From the NCBI GenBank assembly GCA_951406725.2, contig OX597815.1, forward strand, positions 54,746,001 to 54,810,000: a stretch of DNA of 64,000 nt, in the 5' to 3' direction. Below are positions 41,884 to 56,210 of the stretch, piece after piece. The stretch's first letter is position 1, and every line of letters starts with the position of its first letter. A program made the translations under genes and the position numbers. The DNA comes from Octopus vulgaris (taxonomy: Eukaryota). The notes below the pieces were generated by a model. It did not search any database. It worked only from the letters and a program-made list of their open reading frames with translations, and was not told the DNA's origin.

Positions 41884-42150
41884 ATTTATATAAAGATGAG
41901 AATGTGTGTCTGTCTGTGTGTCTGCCTGTCTCTCTGTTTATGTGAATCCCTAAAACGCGAGAACTACACAACCGATTTCATTCAAATTTCACACATGCCT
42001 TATTTAAAGTCCATGCAGTGTCATGGGGCAAAACATTTTCGACTCCTACCTAATGCGAGCCCAGAGGAATCTCTAATCCCTTACACCATTTCTTATTATA
42101 TCTCTATTGTAATGTGAGATAAATACTTTCAGTTTGAAAGAAATCTGTCC
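41884..42150 (+). mobile_element. Helitron 5' part joined head-to-tail to the preceding element
   Basis: tttatataaagatgagaatgtgtgtc..actacacaaccgatttcattcaaatt, homologous to 36330..36590. Confidence 0.65.
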
Positions 42151-42154
42151 TATA

Positions 42155-42205
<51 letters not shown>

Positions 42206-42218
42206 ATGTATGTATGTA

Positions 42219-42287
<69 letters not shown>

Positions 42288-42323
42288 ATATATATATATA
42301 TATGTGTGTGTATATATATATAT

Positions 42324-42877
42324 GTCAGGTCACTTTCGAGTGCTACTGGTAACATGTAACCCAGTACAACCTATTGCCTGGTCGAGTCGTCGGCGACTAA
42401 ACCGGCAACCCCACCAAGCTTGCTTGGTGAGGAAGGGGTTTATTGGACACCCTGCGGGATGAAAAACAAAACCCGTCAAAGGGCGGAGGAACTTTTGAGA
42501 GTCAACGGCCATCCAATAAATGTCTTAAGGCTGTATCATGCGCGGGGACATAGAAATAATCGGACTGAATACCCGATCGCGCGGTTAAACCATTGGGAGT
42601 GAAGGACTCCTAGCCTTTGTTAGGGCATCCTTCTAGGAGAAGGTAACTCAGGTAACTGGGATAACTCCGACATAAAACCTGCGGCTCAGTGGTTACCGAT
42701 AATGTTGACTTGTTCTTCTTTTCAGATTATGGCTGCTGTTGCTTAGTGAGTGGGATTGACTCAGTGCACAGCCTTTCCTCACTTTAAAAAAATCTTCTTG
42801 CACAGGCATTGCACGATAACAACATTGATTAAGCTTCGTGCAATGGCCATACTCGGTAACGAGGGGGCAGCCACCAT
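42324..42877 (+). mobile_element. 555-bp non-autonomous RTE-related element, copy B
   Basis: Near-identical to 30932..31486; ends ttaagcttcgtgcaatggccatactcggtaacgagggggcagccaccat. Confidence 0.88.
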
Positions 42878-43423
42878 ATATATGCACACATATATGTATA
42901 TGTACATACATACACACATATATATACTCATATGTGGATACAGGACTTCACAAACCGTAAACAACATGAAATACGAAAACAAAAGAGTTGAATACGTAAA
43001 CAACGAGAGAAACAAATGGAAAACAAGACAAGTAACATAAAAAACCATCCTTCATCAGTTCTCGACTGTCCATCTACTCCTCATTTCGAGCATTCAACAA
43101 TATGAGTCTTCGAAGGCAGTTGCTACCGCAAACCAAAATAATATTTGGGATTTGCGGAGGGTAAAAGTTGGTAACAAAAACAAGACAGTGGAGACATACA
43201 AGGAAACCGAACGAAAACAAGCATGAAGAGTCGTTAGACCAAACGAAGATAAAATAGTGAACGCTGGAGAAATATTCTCTTTGACAAGAGAAAAGATCGA
43301 AGAGAGAGACAGATGGGATACGTGCAGACTCTACAACAGCCGTGAAGGAAAAGAAAGATCATCACGTGAGGGGGACAAACACAGACACACAAACACACAC
43401 ACGCGTATATATATATACATATA

Positions 43424-43588
43424 TACGATGGGCCTCTTTCAGTTTCCGTCTAACAAATCCACTCACAAGGCTTTGGTCGGCCCGAGGCTATAGTAGAAGA
43501 CACTTGCCCAAGGTGTCACACAGTGGGACTGAACCCGGAACCATGTGGTTGGTAAACAAGCTACTTACCACACACTTACTCCTGCGCC
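43424..43588 (-). mobile_element. SINE family B
   Basis: Reverse strand ggcgcaggagt..gtgtggtaagtagcttg..ccgggttcagtcccactgtgtgacaccttgggcaagtgtc. Confidence 0.88.
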
Positions 43589-44074
43589 TATATATATATG
43601 CATAAACAAACATCAAAGCATTTTGTTTTTGGTAACCGAGAGTAGCAAGTCAAGATATAAAAACTCTGTAACATAGAAACTCAAGTTTCAAGATTAGTCA
43701 TTACATTTTTGACGGACAACTTACAAAATGTGTATTTTACATTAAACTGAACAAATAAAGCTCCTGAAAGAAAATACCACTTGTGTAAAGGAATTCATAG
43801 AGAATTCGGTTGAAATAGATAAAAAATGATATTGTATTGCTAGATATTGAATGATATCTCGCACCTAAATCTATTTAGCGTAACAAAATAGAAATTTGGC
43901 TACATATATCAAAACATTTCTGTTTGTGTGTGTGCGTTTATATGTGCGTGCGTCTGTGTGCCTTTGCATGTAAATATGTATGCATATGTGTGTGTATATA
44001 TGTATGCATATATGTGTATGCATATATGCATATATGTGTGTATATATACATGTGCATACACACCCACCCACCCA

Positions 44075-44108
<34 letters not shown>

Positions 44109-44534
44109 TCATGAAGAATATTTGCCATGTAAATGTGGATGACCCATATCGCACGAGACTACTGTAGTTTATAGCCCCAAGAGACATCTCCTCCAGCTGG
44201 CTAATGACACAGTGTATGTGGTCTATCAGTATTTGCAAAGGGAATTCATCGTTTCCATCTCTAGTCTGACGTGATACACACGGACCCGTGTTTCTGAGTG
44301 GTAACCTGTCATCAGAGTGTGACAATCATCGGCTAGGGATGGGAAGTGATATTTCCAATGCAAATATATATGTTTTTTCTAGTGACAAAAAGACGCTGAT
44401 CTCATTAGCCGGCTGGAGGAGATGTCTTCCTGAGACTACATTAGCATCGTCCCATATGGATCAGCCACATTTAGGAGGCAAATATCATTCACGATGTCGT
44501 GCTGCTACGCAAATAGACATATAAATATGCATGT

Positions 44535-45440
44535 CCAGTGGCTTACAATAACTTTATAACCAGGGTAATAATGCAGCGTTAATTAAACTTCTAATGAATT
44601 AATGAAAATAATCCAAAATGAAGAAAACTTTTCAGTATTTTATAGGCTCCCTATAATATGGATTTGGTTAGTTATTACGGATTTGGTTAAATTTTCAATA
44701 GCTTAGTGATTCATGTTTATTCACACTTCGGTCAATGCTTTTATTTTTGTTGGTTTTTGTTTGTTTTTGTTTTTTGTTTGTTTTTTTTTGTTTTTGGGGG
44801 GTTTTGTTTTGTTTTGGGGGTTTTTTTAAGGTTAACAATTGATGCAATTTACGACAATCTTGTTTGCAACCCTTTTATCAAGATATTCCTATAAATGCCC
44901 TAACGGACCAAGATGGTAAAATACAGAGCCTATTTCAGAAATTCGAATTACTGGGTTCATCTCTAAATGCGTATGCCATGAGTCTCTATCTTCTTCAAAA
45001 TCAATGCTTTTATCATTTCTAACAATTGAGCAGATGGGCAGTCGTCATTTTTGAAGATTTGATAGTATTTTTAGCATTTAACTATATTTTTACCCCATAT
45101 CATATCTCCATCTTCTTTATATTTAACAGTTCCTCGCAAACACTCTGGCTTATATCTTTAACCATTTCTTTCTTACCTATTCTTTTTGCCCTCTCATATT
45201 TCTTCTTCATGCTGCAATGCCCTGCTTCAATCCACCTCCTGGCTATACTCTTCACTGTTTTATTATTAACACTGAAAAATTGGGCTATTTCTCAATTGGA
45301 CTTCACACATTGATACAAGCCGATGACTTGCCCACGTGTAAATTCATCTTTATCTTTTCTCAAAGGTTTCATTGTTGCGAAACCACTGGGAATATGGTGT
45401 CATTGTCCGTAATACATTCAAATTCATTTATTTACCAGCA
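44535..45440 (-). mobile_element. Tc1-like DNA transposon remnant with internal deletion
   Basis: From ATG at 45372: MKPLRKDKDEFTRGQVIGLYQ..EIAQFFSVNNKTVKSIARRWIEAG (HTH); near 44900 PLGHL*EYLDKRV and near 44720 KALTEV*INM..IENLTKS (C-terminus); ends approximate. Confidence 0.72.
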
Positions 45441-45672
45441 TAAAGACAGAACGTATAAATTATTAGAACATAGGAAGAAAACATTAGCTGGTGCGTATGT
45501 GTACGTGCGTGCGTATGTCTATAGTGTATACGCGTGTGATAGAGAGAGAGAGAGATAGTGTGTGTGTGTGTATATAAGTGCTTGAATTTATGTTTATATA
45601 CAAAAGAATGCACTTTGGCGATTCACGTTCACCGTTCTTTACTCTTTTAAACAGTTGACGAAGGTTTCCTGT

Positions 45673-46240
45673 AGATTATTTGCCAACATAATGTAGCAGT
45701 CCCGGTTGGGACAAATGTTCCTGTTATTTAGCCCCAGGAAACACCGTCTCTAGCTGGTTATACGACACATTATCTGTGTCCTTATATTCTCGAACAGGGG
45801 AGTTTAGCATCCTCACTCAGCCTAGAATAACTGCCTGGCTAGAGATGGCGCTATCAAATTCCTGTTCGAAAATATATATAATTTTCAAAATGACACACAT
45901 CACTGATCTAATAAAGAGAAAAATTATTAATTCTAAATCTCTCAACGAGAGACATTCAGTAACAGTATTCTATAATTAAGATTATTTGCCAACATAATGT
46001 GGCAGTCCCGGTTAGGACGAATGTTACTGTTATTTAGCCCCTGGAAACACCGTCTCCAGCTGGCTTTACGAGAATACAAGGACACAGTGTGTCGCATAGC
46101 CAGCTGGAGACAATGTTTCCTGGGACTAAATAACAGTAACATTCGTCCTAACCGGGACTGCCACATTATGTTGGCAAATAATCTTTACTTTAGAGTATTG
46201 TTACTGAATGGGTCTCGTTGAGAGATTTAGAAATAATAAT
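45673..46240. repeat. foldback palindrome 45923..46240 (~140-bp arms) plus an upstream direct copy 45673..45870
   Basis: 45923..46064 is the reverse complement of 46098..46240; related fragments at 44165..44220 and 60030..60175. Confidence 0.9.
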
Positions 46241-46242
46241 AT

Positions 46243-46319
<77 letters not shown>

Positions 46320-46534
46320 GGAGTTAAACGCAGGTGTTATTCAAATTCATTTACTTCAGGCACATGTTTCGAAGATATCACTGATATTATTCCAAAGGAA
46401 TATAACGCTGCAAAACAATGTAATCTTGTGTGGTTTTTGGCTACCCTGGTAACTATTTATCTATTAAATCTGTTAAATGTTAAATGTTAAATGTTAAATC
46501 ATCTGTTAAATGTTAACAAAGGAAAAATACACAC

Positions 46535-46600
<66 letters not shown>

Positions 46601-46878
46601 AGGGTAAAATTAATTAATTAATTAATAATTAATAATTTACCAAGTAGTTCGGCATGTTAAAAGAACCATTATCGGTAAACTTAAACAAAAATTCTTATAA
46701 CTATCAGTATAATTATAATTAGGGTTCAGCAAAAAATTTGCTTCACCACATACCGAAATTTAGAAATAGCAGCCAAAACTAGTTATTTCTCTACCATAAG
46801 AAAATCTCCCAGACAACAATATTCAACAACCCACTTAGGAAAAGAGAAAAATACAACGAATTCACTCGGCTCAGATTA

Positions 46879-46963
46879 ACTGTGGACGCGTTTCGGAGTT
46901 AAATAGATATGAAAACTGCAAAAACCACATTTCCATTCTATCATTCTCGCCCGTCAGCACAGT
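46879..46963 (-). ncRNA. minimal hammerhead ribozyme (A9G variant)
   Basis: actgtg-CTGACGG-gcgag...ctcc-GAAA-cgcGTC-cacagt; perfect 6-bp stem I, palindromic ACGCGT. Confidence 0.72.
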
Positions 46964-47104
46964 ATTTCAATATTTTAAATTTGAGGGCACTGTACAAAAT
47001 TGAACATACCTTATCTGACATTGAATGTAATTTGTCTGATGCCGCTTGGTCAGATTAGGTATGTTCAATTTTTTACAGTGCCCTCAAATTTAAAATCTTG
47101 AAAT

Positions 47105-47189
47105 ACTGTGCTGACGGGCGAGAATGATAGAATGGAAATGTGGTTTTTGCAGTTTTCATATCTATTTAACTCCGAAACGCAGCCACAGT
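47105..47189 (+). ncRNA. hammerhead sister copy with mutated cleavage triplet
   Basis: Same as 46879..46963 except GAAAcgcAGC. Confidence 0.55.
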
Positions 47190-47388
47190 TAATCTAAGCT
47201 GTGTGAATTCGTTATTTTTTTTCTCTTTGCCTACGTGGATTGTTGAGTAGTGTTGTCCGAGAGATTTTCTTATGGTAGAAAAATAGCTAGTTTTGGCTGC
47301 TATTTCTAAATTTCCGTATGTGGTGAAGCAAATTTTTTGCTGAACCCTAATTATAATTATAATTATACTCATAATTATAAGAATTTTT

Positions 47389-47444
<56 letters not shown>

Positions 47445-47879
47445 CTCATAAAAAATATAGTGTACATTATATATATATGTATATGTATAGGTATATATAT
47501 ATAATTTACCAAGTAGTTCGGCATGTTAAAAGAACCATTATCGGTAAACTTTATTTATATATATATAAACAAAAATTCTTATAATAGATAATGGCTGACG
47601 GTTAGTAAGGAGAGACACAAATAAGAAAGAAGAAAACAAAGGACCACTGACGCGGTCACAGGAGTGTGACGAAAGAACTCTGGCCGAAATAAGATTAAGA
47701 TTAATGTAAAAAATAAATAACACTGAAGCAAAATAACACCAAATATATAGTGCGTGTGTTTTTATTGGCTAAACTGGCAAAATGACCATTTCGAAATATA
47801 ACAATATATAATATATATATATAGTAGTATTATATATCTGAAGATTTTCTAATACGAAATTCCTTATATATCTATTTAA

Positions 47880-49268
47880 CATTATTAGAGCCGAATAGAG
47901 AAAGTATGGTCTTCGGTACTCTTTGCATTCAATAAAACGGTGGCCCACAATGTGTTTGCACCACCAGTACTCATACCAACATTTGGACTACTTGACTGGA
48001 CGCTTGAGGAAATCCGAACTACTGGTGTGAAAATCCGGAAGATGTAAACCAGCACACATAATTTCCACATCAGCAACGATGTAAACCGCCTCCACCTAAA
48101 ACAAAAACAAGAGGGCAGAGGCATAACATCGATTTGGATGCTTTTGAATCTCCTATCATATCCCTTCTACAACATCTTTTAACTACCAAGTGTCGAAGTG
48201 TATCCCTTGACCAAGTTTGCATGCACGAGGCAGATAACATCATGGGACTTGGAAAGCAGCTCCTTGAGCAGCATTCCTTGCTTGATAACCTTGGACACAT
48301 ACCCAAAGAAGTCGCACGACTCTACTGCAATGTATCATCAGATGAGTGATATCAGAAGACTATGTATGGATATGTTAGCAGAAAGCTCCGGATGATAGTA
48401 ATATTGATAGCCAAAGTAATCTATCATGGACCAACAACCGGATTACTAAAGGCATGTGTTTGCACCAGGGACAGAAAATATCAACTGAAGACATGATGCA
48501 CAAAAAGGATAGACACACAAGGAAAGCACCAAAATGTGATCACCGATACAGACTTTGTAGAATTAACACCGAAGATATCACCCGATAGTATTATCTACCG
48601 ATTAGATGTGATGCTGTGGAATGATAATCCCGAGGATAGGGAAATAAGAACCTACTGTATGGTAGAAGTCATAGCCACTCATTATATGAAGGAGTAAAGG
48701 TGGAATATCTCAGTGAAATTCTCAATAAAATGTAAACATAATAGACTTGGCATAGTGATTTGGGACAGAGAAGAAAAACTGTGTACAGTTGTGGAAGTGA
48801 GAAAGAAAATACCTACATTCAGACATTCAGAAGTCTACAGTTACTCTACCCAGATTATAAGTTCAGGTTTATACCTGTAATTATCAGGGCACTGGGATAT
48901 GTAGCACACTGCCTAAGTACCGATCTTGAGAAATTAGGCTTCTCAAAACCAGAAAGGAAAAAGCTGATTCGAAGACTGCTGATCCAATCCATCACTGGAA
49001 ATGTAAAATTCTGTGAAACTTACCAGAAATTTATATCATTATGTATATGCAAAGAAGTCTATATATGCAAGTATATACATGAGAATACTTACATAAAACA
49101 AAACATAAAATCTGAATACACCCTGACTCTAAAAACTCACATATGCACACATTACATGCAAAAATACCCTGTTGATGTTGAAATTCCAGTGAAGCTGCCT
49201 TGGATCTAGGTTATAAACTGGCTCTTTCTATATTGGCAAGAAAGTTTGAAATAAAACTGAATAATAGC
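47880..49268 (+). mobile_element. second R4/Dong-like family, heavily decayed, ending in (CATA)n
   Basis: FAPPVLIPTFGLLDWTLEEI.. region; YPDYKFRFIPVIIRALGYVAHCL..LEKLGFSKPERKKLIRRLLIQSITG; 3' UTR matches 31525..31638. Confidence 0.8.
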
Positions 49269-49428
49269 ATACATACATACATACATACATACATACATAC
49301 ATAGTTATACATATATATTTCACCCGCTTTAACTCTCTTGTGCCCATGTACACGCATTATGTATACTGTTTCTATAAGAATGGTGTATTATGACCATATA
49401 TAAGTGCATTATATATGTATATGTATGC

Positions 49429-49491
<63 letters not shown>

Positions 49492-49532
49492 CATATATAT
49501 TATAAATATAGATATATATATGTATGTATATG

Positions 49533-49576
<44 letters not shown>

Positions 49577-50459
49577 GGATATTTCGGATATCAGTATATA
49601 CGCATAAATATATACATATACACATACTTATATAAACATATATATACATATTTATTCTCACACATCCGTATGTATGTGTATGTGTATGTGTGTATGCATG
49701 ACCGTGTGTATATAGACAACTTCTTGATGTTGACCAAGTTATATTTTATTTGCAATGGGAATAGCTTCCTAACACTTTTTCCTTCAAACGAATTGCTATT
49801 CACTGTGGCATCATCTCTTGAGGTTTGTTTGAAATAGCGAAGTTACCTTAGGTTTACAGAAGTATTAGTTTTAGAATGGAATCGTCGGTTCTTCTTTCCA
49901 TGCATTATACAAGAGTATAATACAAACTTTGAAATCTCAAAATCTTGTCAGCTGTTTTTAGGGTTCATGTCTCTCTGCAATAAACGGTTATTGACCAACC
50001 CAGCTTGGTATTTATGCTTATAGATCTACCTAGCAAGATGTTCCAAATTTCTGTAGTAGACGTGATCGCCACATTTCCTTATCGGACAACAAAAGAATGA
50101 ATGACCTCAATAATATGTAAAATAGAGGACTTTATCTAAAAATATATGTGACAATTAGTTGGTTGTCATAATAAAACGCAGAGTTTTGGATGCCGAGGCT
50201 GAAGTCTGCTCCGGTATCTCATCAGTTATTAAGACAAGCGCTATGAAAAAAAACATTGAATAAAGGGAAATTACTCCAATAGGCATGGGAAAAGTAATAC
50301 TTCGTTCATAGAATCCGCATATGCACACATATACACACACATGTATGTATATATATATCTATATACATACTCACACACGTGTGTACGTATACATGCAAAC
50401 ACACATATATACATATATGTCTACGCATACACGCACATACACACGCATATATACCCATG

Positions 50460-50778
50460 AGGAAATTCAAACGCAAACACGGACGAAATACCGCTTAGCA
50501 TTTTTGGCTGACGTGCTAACGATTCTTCCAGCTCACTGCCTTAATAATAATGATAATAATAATCCTTTCTAATAAAGGCACAAGGGCCCGAAATTTGGGT
50601 GGAGGGGAGTAGTTGATTGCATCGACCCCAGAATATCAACTGGTACTTACTTTATCGACTCCCAAAAGGATGAAAAGCAAAGTCGACCCCGGTGGGATTT
50701 AAACTCAGAACGTAAAGACGTACAAAATGCTGCTAAGCATTTTCCCCGGCGTGCTAACAATTCTGCCTGCTCACCGCC
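50460..50778 (-). mobile_element. SINE family A (50561..50778) plus a tandem head fragment (50460..50540), in (TAA)n context
   Basis: Reverse strand ggcggtgagcaggcagaattgttagcacg..gttctgagtttaaatcc..gtcgactttgcttttcatcc..gtcgataaagtaagtaccag. Confidence 0.88.
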
Positions 50779-50780
50779 TA

Positions 50781-51912
<1,132 letters not shown>

Positions 51913-52782
51913 AATTCAATTCCTGAAAAGAGCAAAACGATTTCGCCTCATTAGAAATATTTAGCCCTGCTGTGAATTTAAAAAAAAACAACTGATGCGT
52001 AGAACTGAATTAATTGATCCGTCACCAGCAAGAGAATGTAGTCTTGGTTAATAAACCAAAATGACTTTTTTCTCATGCTCTAACGATTCTGTTCCGCTAT
52101 TACTGCCATCATTTCTTCATTTCTTTATCATCAATCTTACCCAGCTTTATTTTTACACTTCTCTACTACTGCTACTAACTGTTTTATTCTCTTATTTTCA
52201 ATGTTTCTCCATCGTCATTGATACAGTCATTACAACTACCAACAACCAACTCCATCACCGCCATCATAACTTCCACCACACAGCCTCACACATTGATGAG
52301 TTCCATGTGGAAAACATCTCTCCAGTTGAAATACAGTTGAAACGGTTTCACAATTCCGATATATATATATATATATATATGCATGTATATATATTCACTT
52401 AACATATGTGTTTGTGAGCGCGCGCACGTGTGCATATATAAGGAGAGAGTGAGAGGAGGAAAAGTGAGAAAGATGAGACGGAGAGAGGGGAAGAGGAGTA
52501 GAGTCTGAGAGAAAACTAGCAGAGGAAGAGAGGAAGAAAGATACAGCGTTGTTTACCTAACAGAAATTTGTTTATACAATTGTAGGCTGATTTGCATTTA
52601 CATTTATACCCTGCAAAGAGTTTCGGCATCATTAACAATTTTGATCTCAGTATGAAGTGAATTCTGTTTGAGTTGACAATGATACCTTTAAGAATGCACG
52701 AGCGTCTAGTGTTCCTATGATGCCTCTTAAAGTTTCGGGGCCATATGCGTAGTTAAATGAAACTTAATATAACTCTGCTTAT

Positions 52783-52975
52783 GGCGGCGATATGGCAGAA
52801 TCGTTAGCACGCCGGACAAAATGTTTAGCGGCATTTCTTCCGTCTATACATTTTAAATTCAAATTTCGCCGAGGTCGACTTTGCTTTTATCTTTTTGGGG
52901 TCGATAAAATAAGTACCAGTTGAATTCTGGAATCTATATAATTGACTTTCTACCACCACCGAAATTGCTGGCCTG
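52783..52975 (+). mobile_element. SINE family A
   Basis: ggcggcgatatggcagaatcgttagcacg..ttcaaatttcgccgaggtcgactttgc..ggggtcgataaaataagtaccag. Confidence 0.88.
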
Positions 52976-53220
52976 CGCAGCTTACGAGTTCGAACATCTG
53001 CTTTCTTGTGTTCGGTGGTGGAGAGGAGGGTACAACTTCCCATGTTTTATTGTCAAAAATGCATATTTGGCCTCACCAAATTCCATTCCAATATCTGTAG
53101 GAAGTTAAGATGACTGGCTGGCTGGCTGACTGGCTGGATGGATGGCTGGCTGGTTGGATGGATGGATGGATGGATGGATGGATGGATGGATGGATGGATG
53201 GATGGATGGATGGATGGATG

Positions 53221-53790
53221 GAGGTGAGTTCCGAAAAGAAACCTATCTTCATAAAAAGTTATTGATTTAACTAAAATTCAATCAGCAATGCCGCTTTCGA
53301 AGTATTTATCCCCGCTATTGATAGCCTACTCCCAACGTTTTCCCTGTTCTGGAACACATTTTCAGTGATAGTGCGCAATTCTTGCAACAAATGTCTTCAA
53401 TCTTATATCATCTGAAATTGGCGACCTCTCGAGTAGAATTTCAACTTTGAGAACAAAAATCCACAGGGACTACTACGGAGTTCGGGACAGTTGTTCGATG
53501 TACAGTGTCTCGTGCCAAATTGACACAAATAAGGAATGAGGCGTTGTTGTAGCGCAGCTTCCACGTTTAGTTGTCCATGCCTCAATCCTCTTCCTTTGCA
53601 TGTAAAAATCTTTATTGATCGCCACACTACGCGAATGACATTCATAATTAACGTGACTCTTCGTATGAAAAAGACACCACCCTCACATTTGAGGATTCTG
53701 ATGCTCAAATGCAAAAGAGATGTCGGACCACGTTTAGCACAATCATGATGAATGACACTATTCCTGTCAAAAACAAACAAAAAAAACTAA
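53221..53790 (-). mobile_element. mariner-like transposase 3' remnant
   Basis: VFDRNSVIHHD..; SSPCGFLFSKLKFYSRGRQF (SPDLAPCDFFLFPKLK-like); G.YFE-like end and TIR-like gaggtgagttccgaaaag. Confidence 0.78.
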
Positions 53791-54464
53791 TATCACTCCT
53801 TCATTTGTGCTTTTTGATAGCATATGAGGTATATGAAAACCCTTTTTAGTTTTGGGCAAGCCAGAGATATGTTATCGTTTTCCTTGTACGTTCGTGTATA
53901 TATTACTCAGTCAAAAGCATTATTTCTCGTAAAAGAAATTTCTCGTGTATTTTTGTCCGAAGTCGACGTATGTCTCCGTAACTCGCCGCGATAGCAAAAC
54001 TACTGCTATTACTACCCACAACAGCAAATTTATTTATTTTTTTTTTTTCGTTTCTCGTAAGTTTGAACGCTTGCTCTGTCTCTTGTTCAATTTTATTCAC
54101 TCACTGGGATTTTTCTGTTTATCTTTCTCGAATTCTGAGTTAATGTTTTCACATAGTTTTGCTTTAGGGGCGTGATCGTGCTCCATGTTTGCAGTAAATA
54201 CCACTCACACGCAGAAAAGAAACCATAATAAAATAATAAAATACGAGTAAACGACTGCTTACAAAATATTGACTATAAAAAGAGCAAACCTTATCTTCCC
54301 ACCCCAAGCTAAATGGAGTCACGATGTCAGTGTTCAAAAGCTTTCTATCAACAAAATACTCTAACGAAATTTTCCCCATTAATTACAACGTAGTAAATAC
54401 GAGCTGTACTTGACAAGTCCGTTCATCTTAAATATAACAACTACATCAATGGAACAAACACTAC

Positions 54465-54514
<50 letters not shown>

Positions 54515-54516
<2 letters not shown>

Positions 54517-56210
54517 TAAGGAACTTGGCATTAACCTTGAAATAGTTGAAGAACCTGAAACCACTGCCACAAAACAAACAAAATAGATCAAGTAGACTGC
54601 AAAAAAGAACGGGCAGAAACAAATTGAGGAGCGGTGGAGCCAGAATCCTCTGCATGGAGAGTATATACTTCGAAGTCGAAATGTTAATGTAGATCAAGCA
54701 ACCACCCATCAGTGGCTGAGAAGTTCAGGACTGAAAGCAGACACTGAAGGTTTCATATTGGCGGCACAAGACCCAAGCCTGCTCACAAAAAAACTACCAG
54801 GCTAACGTTCTTCAAAATGGTTGTGGCTCTAAATGCAGATTTTGCGACACAGTTGACGAAACACTAGACCATCTCGTCTCCAGATATCCTGTGCTGACAC
54901 CAAACGAATACAAAAATCGCCACGATAGGGTAGACCTGTATTTACATTGAAAAATATGTAAACACTACAAAATCAGCACTCCTGCATACTAGAGATCCAT
55001 GAGCTGCTAACAAAACTTTGCAACAACCTAGTATGAAGCCCTCTTGAGTAGTTAATGGTGTAACAAAATGAACCAAAAAAATTATAGACCCATGACCTGC
55101 TTAACAACAATGTATAAAATGCTAACATCTGTCTTGACTGAATATACCTATAGTTTCTTAATAGAGAGTTGCATATTTCCTAATGAGCAAAAATGATGTA
55201 AACACGGGTCCTATGGTTGTAATGATCAGCTACTCATCAATAAGAAGATCTTGGAAGATTATCACAAACTACTCAAAAACTTGTCGATAGCCTGGATAGA
55301 CTATTGAAAAGCTTTTGATAGTCTACCATATATCTTGATTAAGAAATGTCTGGACATGTATAAAATAGCTACTCTGCGAAACTTCTTGTCTGTACGTATG
55401 AGATCAAGGAGAACCACACTGACTTTGAATAGTGACAATGAATCTCTCAAGGCTGAAGATGTAAGAATTGCATATGGCATTTTCCAGGGTGACTCTCTAT
55501 CACCACATTAATGCCCATCTCAAAATTGCTCGATGATGTACAATACGGTTATAAGATGTTTGATATAAAAGAAAAATGACAGAAACATCCAACGTTAAAC
55601 TTGACCTGCAGAATATCATAAAGGGGTTAGAACCAGCTGAGAGCTACGAATGCCTATGGGTATTTGAAGGGGACGGAATCAAACATTTAATAATGAGGGA
55701 AAGGAGCAGAAGAGAATGTTATCGAAGGGTGAGGGCAATACTCAAGACAGAGATGAATGCAAGAAGGAGGATGGAAGCGATCAATACTTTAACCATGCCA
55801 GTCGGGACTTAGAGTTTCAATATTATTAACAGGTCAATTACTGAAATCTGTAATCTTGACAGAAAATTACGAAACTTGTTGACAATGCACAGAATGCACT
55901 ACCCTAAGATAGATACAGAAAGACTTTACCTGCCAAGAAAAGAGGGTGGCCGTATACTTTTACAACTGGAATTAACAATGAAGATTGCTACACTTGGCCT
56001 AAACACCTACCTGAAAAACTCTGATGACTGGATATTAAAACTTGTCTCAAGAAAGCATGATACTCAGTAACAAAACAGGCAAAGGAATATCTAAGACAAC
56101 AAATTCCAGAATTAGACTTACTAGAAATATACGCAGAAAAAGCTAAAGTGCATGAAAGCCCGTGCTAAAACTGCTGCTTTAGATATTCTTACTGATAAAT
56201 GGCAAGAGCG
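54515..56210 (+). mobile_element. decayed R4/Dong LINE fragments out of domain order (C-terminal 54515..54990, RT 54995..56210), after (TAA)n
   Basis: WLRSSGLKADTEGFILAAQD, CRFC..ETLDHLVS..RHDRV; then NYRPMTCL, GSYGCNDQL, AWIDY*KAFDS, GIFQGDSLSP, MHYPKIDTERLYLPRKEGGR. Confidence 0.88.

Larger units (their letters stand above)
46682..47393. mobile_element. ORF-less foldback element, ~340-bp inverted arms (PLE-type pLTR pair) in (TA)n
   Basis: 46682..47019 is the reverse complement of 47049..47393; hammerhead in each arm; distal part homologous to 23795..23865. Confidence 0.88.
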
